Part shown: piece after piece, positions 1-5,297 of the stretch
How the letters are laid out: the number at the start of each line of letters is the position of its first letter
How positions within the stretch are numbered: the first letter of the stretch is position 1
Virus record (IMG/VR): IMGVR_UViG_2675903562_000006
Direction: 5' to 3' (one strand)
Length of the DNA stretch: 5,297 nucleotides
Source of the DNA: a virus
Lineage: Duplodnaviria > Heunggongvirae > Uroviricota > Caudoviricetes
The notes under the pieces: model-generated
The model's input: the letters and a program-made list of their open reading frames with translations, nothing else
The model's database searches: none
Told to the model about the DNA's origin: nothing
Made by a program: the position numbers and the translations under genes

Positions 1-338
1 TGTTTAATAAAACTTTGCCCGCGAAGCAGACGATCAACCGTGCGAAGTGCTTCGTATAATGTGAAATCCTGCCCGAAGTGATTGTCGCCGCAGTTCAATG
101 CAAAAATGCGGTTTCCGGTAAACGGATTGCGTGGGCATTTGTGGATCACGATTCCAGCTTTCTCAATCAGCCAGGCATGCTCGCCGATTTGTTTTACAGC
201 GTGGCCATCCGGTGTTGCGTGCGTCTCGTTCAGGTTATAGCGACTGTTACTACGTGATGCACTGGTAGCGACGTGGTGTACATGGCGTTCTACGCTATTA
301 CGAAATTTGGAGTATGGATTATTAGCGTTTTTTTTCAT
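1..338 (-). CDS. Hypothetical early-operon protein, partial (N-terminus in window, continues past position 1)
   Basis: ATG at 338 is the first start after the in-frame stop of the upstream gene (360-362). The frame stays open to the window edge and is not in the ORF track for that reason. My translation begins MKKNANNPYSKFRNSVERHVHHVATSAS... and contains a His/Cys-bearing segment (HKCPRNPFTG...NCGDNH). Only a weak GAG Shine-Dalgarno about 9 nt upstream. No family recognised. Confidence 0.45.
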   Translation of the reverse strand, partial: MKKNANNPYSKFRNSVERHVHHVATSASRSNSRYNLNETHATPDGHAVKQIGEHAWLIEKAGIVIHKCPRNPFTGNRIFALNCGDNHFGQDFTLYEALRTVDRLLRGQSFIK

Positions 339-359
339 GATGGTGCTCTGTTCATTGTT

Positions 360-563
360 TTAGCTGTTAGCCAAAGCGTCTTTTAACATCGCCACAAGGT
401 TTACTTCAGGCTTTTCCATTTTGGCGCGTTTGGGGCGGATAATAATTCGACCGTCAGCCAACATCTTTTTGCATGTATTAAGAGGGATACCTGTTATCTC
501 TGCATATTTCTGCAGGGATACATAGGGGGCATTCACATTGATATTGATGGTTATACCTGACAT
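360..563 (-). CDS. Small HTH DNA-binding protein, Cox/Apl/AlpA-like excisionase-regulator (67 aa)
   Basis: Strong AGGAGG Shine-Dalgarno 8 nt upstream of the ATG on the minus strand. The segment PYVSLQKYAEITGIPLNTCKKMLADGRIIIR resembles, from memory, the HTH region of P2 Cox (PYQEFAKLIGKSTGAVRRMIDKGKLPVI). Position matches the early operon of a P2/186-type switch. Confidence 0.7.
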   Translation of the reverse strand: MSGITININVNAPYVSLQKYAEITGIPLNTCKKMLADGRIIIRPKRAKMEKPEVNLVAMLKDALANS

Positions 564-579
564 CCCACTAGCCTCCTGA

Positions 580-786
580 TCAGGAAGATTTGTTTTGTTC
601 TTTCTGGGTTAGCTCTAGGCCGCGAAGGAAGATCATGCGCGCCATGTTAGAGGATGAGCGTTGTTCTTTAGCTGCCATTTCATCAATGACGGCTCGCTCC
701 TCGAGGGACAGCCGAAGTGCCAGTCTTGGACCTGTGGCGGTGTTACGCGGAATGCGTGATCTGGTATCGTGAAGAACTTGTTTCAT
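580..786 (-). CDS. Ribbon-helix-helix (CopG/MobC-like) DNA-binding protein, 68 aa; possible Cro-like regulator
   Basis: RLALRLSLEERAVIDEMAAKEQRSSSNMARMIFLRGL fits an RHH pattern (basic beta-strand followed by two helices). Coding-like codon use, while the antisense ORF 590-772 is Arg/Ser-rich junk. An in-frame stop at 802-804 fixes the start at 786. No Shine-Dalgarno, so possibly a leaderless or short-leader mRNA. Confidence 0.6.
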   Translation of the reverse strand: MKQVLHDTRSRIPRNTATGPRLALRLSLEERAVIDEMAAKEQRSSSNMARMIFLRGLELTQKEQNKSS

Positions 787-862
787 AGTGGTATATTGTG
801 ATCATCTAATAGCTCGTGAAATCATTTTGGTATCAAAAAAGATACCTGTCAAGGTTTTTTGT
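787..862. promoter_or_regulatory. Divergent/face-to-face switch region with putative operator half-sites
   Basis: Perfect inverted repeat GGTATC-N6-GATACC at 829-846, with further GGTATC/GGTATA copies at 762-767 and 790-795. Minus-strand TTGACA (-35) at 847-852, next to the repeat. Plus-strand extended -10 TGgTATATT at 789-797. The inferred transcripts would be convergent, as in the P2 Pe/Pc and 186 pR/pL arrangement. Confidence 0.4.
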
Positions 863-1267
863 ATGAAAAATGATATTGGTCAGCGGTTGCGTGAGGAAAG
901 GGAAAGATTGGGACTTAGTCAAGTTGCCATGAGCGACATTGGTGGAGTCAAAAAGCTAACTCAGCTTAGATATGAGAAAGGAGATAGCTTTCCTGATGCT
1001 GCGTATTTGGCAGCGCTGTCTCGTTTTGGCCTTGATGTTCAGTATGTTGTGTTGGGAATTCACTCACCTGAAACTTATAACGATGATGAGCAGGAGTTGA
1101 TTACTCGCTTTCGAGCAGCTTCGTTAGATGTGAAAAACGCGGTGATTGGGGCTTTAAAAGGTGCGATCAGTGAAAAGGAAACTCAGCCATCAGGACGTGA
1201 GTTAAATATTTCTGGTGGTAATAACCGTATCGCTGGTCGTGACTATAACGAAACTAAGGGTAGGTGA
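863..1267 (+). CDS. XRE-family (Cro/C1-type) HTH transcriptional regulator, 134 aa; candidate immunity repressor
   Basis: IGQRLREERERLGLSQVAMSDIGGVKKLTQLRYEKGDSFPDAAYLAALSRFGLDVQYVVLG is a typical HTH_3/XRE domain near the N-terminus. AAGG Shine-Dalgarno 8 nt before ATG 863. The ORF track starts at 788, but that adds 25 aa with no Shine-Dalgarno and overlaps the control region. No S24 peptidase domain in the C-terminal tail. Confidence 0.7.
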   Translation: MKNDIGQRLREERERLGLSQVAMSDIGGVKKLTQLRYEKGDSFPDAAYLAALSRFGLDVQYVVLGIHSPETYNDDEQELITRFRAASLDVKNAVIGALKGAISEKETQPSGRELNISGGNNRIAGRDYNETKGR

Positions 1268-1282
1268 TAGTAGGGAGGTGAC

Positions 1283-1933
1283 ATGGCCGTCAACTCAAAC
1301 GGTTCAAACAATCGCGTTGCTGGGCGTGATTTTCACGAAAAGAATATTCAGATAGAGCGATATGATGGTTCTCATACCGTCAATATCGCAATCCCTTCGA
1401 ATAATGATGATGACGATCGCCCTTTGCTTAAGGCTCAGCGTAAGGAGCTAAATAGCTTGGTTGCTGCTATTGCAGAAGCTAGCAATACTGAAGCGTTTAT
1501 TATTTGGCAAAAAGTACATGCGGAGATTGGTGTAGCTGGTATTGATGATATGACAGTAAATCAATATAAAACAGCGGAGAGTTTTCTGCATGCAATGCTT
1601 GAGCGATGTAAAGATCATGATGCCTGTAAGGCTCTTGTAAGTTTATTACTACGTAACAGTGAAGACTGTGGACTTCGACAAAAACTTCTGCGGTATTGCC
1701 ATATCAATTTCGGTACAGGACGTTTAAACGATCTTACTCGTTCTCAGTTACAGTCTGCATTGTCGTGGTTAGAGCAACAATCGGCATCAAGCCACACAGA
1801 GAGTTCGACCTTACCAGAAGTCCGACTTCGTGCTTCAGAATTAATCCGACTTTATCCAAAAGAAATAATATTCTTTATCTGCGTAGGGGTTTTGGTAGGC
1901 GGTGTCATTTCTAGGGCGTTTTTTAATTTGTAA
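1283..1933 (+). CDS. Hypothetical tail-anchored membrane protein (216 aa, single C-terminal TM helix)
   Basis: GGAGG Shine-Dalgarno at 1274-1278. The N-terminal ~190 aa are hydrophilic and the C-terminus IIFFICVGVLVGGVISRAFF is one hydrophobic helix. The N-terminus carries the NNRVAGRDFHE motif also found at the end of the upstream regulator. No catalytic motif recognised. Confidence 0.65.
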   Translation: MAVNSNGSNNRVAGRDFHEKNIQIERYDGSHTVNIAIPSNNDDDDRPLLKAQRKELNSLVAAIAEASNTEAFIIWQKVHAEIGVAGIDDMTVNQYKTAESFLHAMLERCKDHDACKALVSLLLRNSEDCGLRQKLLRYCHINFGTGRLNDLTRSQLQSALSWLEQQSASSHTESSTLPEVRLRASELIRLYPKEIIFFICVGVLVGGVISRAFFNL

Positions 1934-1962
1934 TCTTACTTGAGCTAAATTGAGGTAATGAT

Positions 1963-2310
1963 ATGAAAGTAAAAAAGGTTCAACTATTAGTTACTTTTTT
2001 ATCTATGTTTTCTTTTTCCGCCGTCGCAATGCCTTTTAAAACTATTGAACGTGAGAGTTTCAATGGGGTATGGCCATTTAATACTGATGAGGTTCAATTA
2101 CAGTGTCTTGATGGTAATCCTTATGTGATGAATTTTGACGATAATAAGTTATATGCACTTACAGGTTTGGCTCGAATAAAAGGTAAAACATTTGGTGCGT
2201 TACCGTTAGATAACAATAATCCATTTTGGCTAGATAATGATGCCGCCCCAGGGTTAAAAAAGAGCCTGGGGGATGTCACTAAGGCTGCATTTGATTTATG
2301 TGATAAGTAA
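1963..2310 (+). CDS. Small secreted/periplasmic protein (115 aa) with Sec signal peptide and two Cys
   Basis: GAGGT Shine-Dalgarno 8 nt upstream. Signal peptide MKVKKVQLLVTFLSMFSFSAVA with an AVA signal-peptidase I site and no lipobox. The precursor has two Cys (residues 48 and 113), compatible with one disulfide. The stop lies 5 nt before the integrase ATG, so the two are probably translationally coupled. Confidence 0.7.
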   Translation: MKVKKVQLLVTFLSMFSFSAVAMPFKTIERESFNGVWPFNTDEVQLQCLDGNPYVMNFDDNKLYALTGLARIKGKTFGALPLDNNNPFWLDNDAAPGLKKSLGDVTKAAFDLCDK

Positions 2311-2315
2311 CTAAA

Positions 2316-3317
2316 ATGTCGGTTCGTAAGATTCCATCAGGTAAATGGCTTTGCGAATGTTATCCCTACGGGGCATCGGGAAAACGCATTCGTAAACAGT
2401 TTGCGACAAAAAGTGAGGCGCTCTCTTATGAGCGCCGTTTAATGAATAGTAGAGTTGGAGACGAGTTTCAAGATGGTTCTGGTCCTCGTCTTTCTGAGTT
2501 GATTGCTCGTTGGTTTGAGATGTACGGTAAAACCTTGTCCTCTGGTGCAGAGCGCAAAGTCAAACTTGAGGCGATTTGTTCCAGGCTGGGAGATCCATTT
2601 GCTTCTCAGTTTGACAAAAATATGTTTGCCACTTATCGGGAAAGAAGGTTATCAGGAGAGTGGAATCCCAAGGGGAAGAAAAAACTTAGTGAAGCAACCG
2701 TTAATCGCGAGCAGTCATATCTACATGCTGTTTTTGCCGAACTGAAGCGCCTTGGGGAGTGGTCTGGTGAAAACCCCCTGACTGGTATTCGCAAGTTTCG
2801 TGAGGAAGAAAAGGAACTGGCGTTTCTGTATGTAGATGAGATTGAACGCCTTCTGATTGCGTGTGATGAGTCACGGAATAAAGATTTGGGGGTTGTTGTC
2901 CGTATTGGGCTTGCGACTGGTGCTCGGTGGAGTGAAGCAGAAGGGTTAAAGCAATCTCAAGTACTGCCCGGTCGAATCACATTTGTTAAAACTAAAGGAA
3001 AGAAGAACCGCACTGTACCGATTTCACCTCAATTGCAGGCTATGCTTCCCAAAAAACGAGGAGCGCTATTTTCACCATGTTATGAGGCTTTTGACGCTGC
3101 AATTAAGAGAGCGAAGATCGAGCTTCCTGATGGGCAATTAACTCATGTGCTACGTCACACGTTTGCCAGTCATTTTATGATGCGGGGCGGAAATATTCTT
3201 GTGTTGCAAAAAATACTGGGGCATAGCGATATAAAAATGACTATGCGTTATGCTCATTTTGCTCCAGGTCATTTAGAGGCTGCTGTTGAATTGAACCCTT
3301 TTGACAATAGAGGGTAA
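2316..3317 (+). CDS. int: Tyrosine site-specific integrase, P2/186 family (333 aa)
   Basis: The C-terminal catalytic region ATGARWSEAEGLK...RITFVKTKGKKNRTVPIS...THVLRHTFASHFMMRGGNILVLQKILGHSDIKMTMRYAHFAP matches, from memory, the P2 Int box I/box II region including the R..H-x-x-R..Y pattern. The N-terminus GKRIRKQFATKSEA resembles P2 Int GKRIRRKFDKKSEA. The gene points at the att fragment, as P2 int does. Confidence 0.9.
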   Translation: MSVRKIPSGKWLCECYPYGASGKRIRKQFATKSEALSYERRLMNSRVGDEFQDGSGPRLSELIARWFEMYGKTLSSGAERKVKLEAICSRLGDPFASQFDKNMFATYRERRLSGEWNPKGKKKLSEATVNREQSYLHAVFAELKRLGEWSGENPLTGIRKFREEEKELAFLYVDEIERLLIACDESRNKDLGVVVRIGLATGARWSEAEGLKQSQVLPGRITFVKTKGKKNRTVPISPQLQAMLPKKRGALFSPCYEAFDAAIKRAKIELPDGQLTHVLRHTFASHFMMRGGNILVLQKILGHSDIKMTMRYAHFAPGHLEAAVELNPFDNRG

Positions 3318-3344
3318 AAAGTGGCGATAAAAAGTGACAATAGA
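3302..3344. repeat. Direct repeats TGACAATAGA (3302-3311 and 3335-3344) in the int-proximal att arm
   Basis: Two exact 10-bp copies 33 bp apart, spanning the int stop. Candidate arm-type integrase binding sites. Confidence 0.35.
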
Positions 3345-3383
3345 TTCAAATGGCGTTGTATAGAGCCATTTTCAAAGTTAATA

Positions 3384-3403
3384 AAATCATAAGGTTATGA
3401 TTT
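3384..3403. repeat. AT-rich inverted repeat AAATCATAA-GG-TTATGATTT next to the att core; possible IHF-like site
   Basis: Perfect 9-bp inverted repeat with a 2-bp spacer. AATCATaaggTTA at 3386-3398 is within one mismatch of the IHF consensus WATCAANNNNTTR. Confidence 0.3.
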
Positions 3404-3423
3404 ATAAATGGTGGTTGATAGTT

Positions 3424-3478
3424 TTTAAAATCCCTCGGCGTTCGCGCTGTGCGGGTTCAAGTCCCGCTCCGGGTACCA
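3424..3478 (+). other. Attachment-site core: 3' 55 nt of a tRNA-Leu(UAA) gene (anticodon loop to CCA), not an intact tRNA
   Basis: TTTAAAATCCCTCGGCGTTCGCGCTGTGCGGGTTCAAGTCCCGCTCCGGGTACCA contains the anticodon loop with TAA, a long variable arm, the T-arm GCGGG/TTCAAGT/CCCGC, the acceptor 3' strand, discriminator A and CCA. From memory it matches the 3' part of enterobacterial leuZ. No complementary 5' acceptor strand (G/ACCCGGA) exists upstream, so the gene is truncated at the anticodon loop, which is typical of an att core. Confidence 0.7.
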
Positions 3479-3520
3479 TGGGAAAGACAAGAATAATCAA
3501 AGCAATAAGCAGTGTCGTGA

Positions 3521-3543
3521 AACCACCTACGGGTGGTTTTTTT
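3521..3543 (+). terminator. Rho-independent terminator
   Basis: AACCACC-TACG-GGTGGTT is a 7-bp stem with a 4-nt loop, followed by TTTTTTG. It sits 43 nt after the tRNA 3' end and downstream of int. Confidence 0.6.
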
Positions 3544-3578
3544 GTGCCTGAAATTCACGCCCTGTGCATATCCTGTGC

Positions 3579-4460
3579 TCACGGGGTGCAATGAGCCGCA
3601 ATCTCCAGCCTGGCAATGCCGAATCGAACGTGTCGCCTCCAGCATAGAGAACCAGGCCGCTTTGCCTGTTTTCCGGTACTCTTCCGGGAAGGGTGGCCTG
3701 CTGAGCAAGTTGTAATGCTCTGGCCGCCCTTAGTACAAAGTTGCTTAATTCGTGCAATCACCTCATCTCTGTACTTCTGGTGTCCGCGCATAGCCCTTGG
3801 ATGGGCAATTCTGAAACAGATTGTATTACCTGTTTTGAACTCCCACAGCTTCCCCGGAATGACTGAAGAAGTCTCATAACCGCCCAGCTCAGTAAGCACC
3901 TGTTTAATGATGTAGTCTGTTCTCCGGGCTCCGGATGCAAAGATCATGAAATCAGGCTCAAGGTGTTTAATTTGTACCGCCAGCAGCTTCAGCGAGGCTA
4001 ATATGACTTCCTGCACTTCATTTTGAGGGCGATTGAGAGGGGTCAGTCCGTCGTAATCCCACGCCAGTAGATTGGCATACACGATAGCCTGAGGAGGAAT
4101 ATTAAGCTCCCGGGCCAGCCTGAAATGATATTGCGTGAAGCGGCTACGTGATTTGAGGTTGGTGGTGCCATCATTTTGTACCGGAAGATGTTTCCTGTAA
4201 CGATCTACAGCTTCTTCAACCACCTGCCCGATGGTGACGTCAGGCATAAGTCCCAACACCCGTGATATCGTATTCTTACCATTCAGCGTATTCCAGCCTG
4301 CGGTTTCACGTCTAACCAGCATGATTTTTACCGGTGAATGCCAGTATTCTTCAAACGGCACGGGTAAAAAGACGCCTGAGTATTTATCTTCATTCAGGTT
4401 AAATGACTGGGCGTCAACTTCCTGTAATATCCGTTTGTACGCGTCTAATAGCCTTTCCAT
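3579..4460 (-). CDS. Hypothetical protein, 293 aa, divergent from the downstream integrase; function unknown
   Basis: Long ORF with a protein-like N-terminal ~240 aa. The last ~55 aa are low-complexity and Arg/Ser/Cys/Gly-rich, and overlap GC-rich repeat-bearing DNA. Weak, unverified resemblance to uracil-DNA-glycosylase superfamily motifs (KIMLVRRETAG near the N-terminus, AHPRAMRGH near the C-terminus). No Shine-Dalgarno check was made. Confidence 0.55.
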   Translation of the reverse strand: MERLLDAYKRILQEVDAQSFNLNEDKYSGVFLPVPFEEYWHSPVKIMLVRRETAGWNTLNGKNTISRVLGLMPDVTIGQVVEEAVDRYRKHLPVQNDGTTNLKSRSRFTQYHFRLARELNIPPQAIVYANLLAWDYDGLTPLNRPQNEVQEVILASLKLLAVQIKHLEPDFMIFASGARRTDYIIKQVLTELGGYETSSVIPGKLWEFKTGNTICFRIAHPRAMRGHQKYRDEVIARIKQLCTKGGQSITTCSAGHPSRKSTGKQAKRPGSLCWRRHVRFGIARLEIAAHCTP

Positions 4461-4540
4461 TCTTCAATCCTGCCCCGTAATAAAAACACCTTCAGATATA
4501 TATTATTTTCATGATATCAATCAGATATATGAGGATAAAT

Positions 4541-5297
4541 ATGCAAAAATCCTTCCGATTCACCAATTCATCCATCAAAGCCCTTCCGGCAAACACAGAT
4601 ACCCGATCTACAGAGCTTGAGGTATCCGATACTGAGGTCATTGGCCTCAAATGCCTCTCAGGTCGAACGGGTAACAAACGTTTCCTCCTGCGCTACACAT
4701 TCCACGGTACCAAAAAAAGTATCAGTATTGGCAGATTCCCTGAAATTGATGTGGGGACAGCCCGTCAGATAGCTCGTCGTCACAAGGAGGCGATTGCACT
4801 GGGAAATGACCCTAAGGCAGAACGCGATAATTATCGTGCTATGCCAACGCTTAGTGAGTTTTTTCACCAGACCTATGTTCCGTTCATCAAACGCCATAAA
4901 AAGTCCTGGGATAAGGATGTTCAGCGTTTCACGCAATACATTGAACCTTGTCTGGGGAAGATACGTTACTGTGACCTTCGGGCCCGGGAAATCCAGCAGG
5001 TGCTTTTCGACATGCTTGAGGGTCGTATTCACGGGCAGCAATATGCGCCGTCTACCTGTAACAGAGCCCTTGCTATTCTGAAAACGATGGGGCGTTATGC
5101 GTTGCGACAGGATGTGCTGGAAAAGAATGAAGCCGATAAGATCCCTTTACTGAAAGAGAATAATCAGCGGACGCGCTTTTTTGATGCTGATGAGATCAGG
5201 TGTCAACGCCAAGATTATTGGCCGTTTTTCGCCATTTTTAATGTCCGCTATTGGTCATTAATGTTGTCCGCTTTCCGCCATTTCATCATCACTGATT
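4541..5297 (+). CDS. int: Tyrosine integrase of the P4/DUF4102 (arm-binding N-domain) type, 3'-truncated by the window end
   Basis: GAGGA Shine-Dalgarno before ATG 4541. My translation MQKSFRFTNSSIKALPANTDTRSTELEVSDTEVIGLKCLSGRTGNKRFLLRYTFHGTKKSISIGRFPEIDVGTARQIARRHKEAIALGNDPKAERD has the characteristic N-terminal layout of P4-like and genomic-island integrases. The frame is open to position 5297, which is why it is missing from the ORF track. Confidence 0.8.
   Translation, partial: MQKSFRFTNSSIKALPANTDTRSTELEVSDTEVIGLKCLSGRTGNKRFLLRYTFHGTKKSISIGRFPEIDVGTARQIARRHKEAIALGNDPKAERDNYRAMPTLSEFFHQTYVPFIKRHKKSWDKDVQRFTQYIEPCLGKIRYCDLRAREIQQVLFDMLEGRIHGQQYAPSTCNRALAILKTMGRYALRQDVLEKNEADKIPLLKENNQRTRFFDADEIRCQRQDYWPFFAIFNVRYWSLMLSAFRHFIITD

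Noticed and set aside
1-338. Assigning the partial leftmost gene to a known P2/P4 early protein (B, A, primase alpha or Ogr-like zinc finger)
   Set aside because: The N-terminal 112 aa do not match what I recall of those proteins, and the His/Cys segment is too irregular to call a zinc finger. Left as hypothetical.
590-772. Plus-strand 60-aa ORF
   Set aside because: Fully antisense to the RHH gene, with an Arg/Ser-rich low-complexity translation typical of the reverse frame of a real gene.
360-786. Reading the RHH plus small HTH pair as a toxin-antitoxin module
   Set aside because: The second protein has the Cox/Apl-type HTH excisionase pattern and not a toxin fold, and both sit in the early-operon position of a phage switch. 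A DNA-binding regulatory pair fits better.
788-862. N-terminal extension of the XRE regulator from ATG 788, as drawn in the ORF track
   Set aside because: ATG 788 has no Shine-Dalgarno and lies inside the control region, overlapping the start of the divergent RHH gene. ATG 863 has an AAGG Shine-Dalgarno and puts the HTH at the usual N-terminal position. 788 stays possible but less likely.
1696-1914. Plus-strand 72-aa ORF inside the membrane-protein gene
   Set aside because: Alternative frame within the 216-aa CDS, with no start signals and a junk-like translation.
2503-2745. Plus-strand 80-aa ORF inside the integrase gene
   Set aside because: Alternative frame of a confidently assigned integrase CDS.
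3389-3478. An intact tRNA-Leu gene ending at the CCA at 3476-3478
   Set aside because: Identity to a tRNA begins only in the anticodon loop at 3424. The 5' anticodon stem, D-arm and the 5' acceptor strand needed to pair with TCCGGGT are absent, so no cloverleaf can form. It is a 3' fragment acting as an att core; an ATGGTGG match at 3408-3414 is probably degenerate arm similarity or chance.
3397-3940. Cluster of small ORFs on both strands (3397-3594+, 3457-3708-, 3527-3757-, 3533-3715+, 3616-3879+, 3758-3940-)
   Set aside because: They overlap the att core, the terminator or the 293-aa gene. Translations are low-complexity and none has a convincing start context, so they are most likely non-coding or alternative-frame artefacts.
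4231-5081. Small ORFs 4231-4620+, 4492-4677-, 4658-5041- and 4794-5081+
   Set aside because: They overlap the 293-aa gene or are antisense or out of frame with the P4-type integrase, whose frame is the one with a Shine-Dalgarno and integrase-like translation.
1-5297. CRISPR arrays, IS elements or transposases, rRNA
   Set aside because: No regularly spaced repeat-spacer structure, no terminal inverted repeats flanking a transposase-like ORF, and no rRNA-like sequence were seen on either strand.

Overview
This window reads as a junction between two horizontally acquired integrative elements in an enterobacterial-type genome. The left ~3.4 kb is a P2/186-style lysogeny switch: a 76-bp control region flanked by a leftward operon (RHH protein, Cox/Apl-like HTH excisionase-regulator, a partial unknown gene) and a rightward operon (XRE-family HTH repressor candidate, two unassigned cargo genes, a P2-family tyrosine integrase). 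That operon ends at a 55-bp 3' fragment of tRNA-Leu(UAA), which I read as the attachment-site core, followed by an intrinsic terminator. The right ~1.8 kb holds an orphan 293-aa gene on the minus strand and the 5' part of a second integrase of the P4/DUF4102 type. I see no rRNA, CRISPR array, IS element or intact tRNA. The best candidates for an undescribed system are the two-gene cargo in the lysogenic operon (a tail-anchored membrane protein plus a secreted periplasmic protein) and, second, the orphan 293-aa gene next to the second integrase. All family assignments are from reading the translations by eye and from memory of reference sequences; no searches were run.
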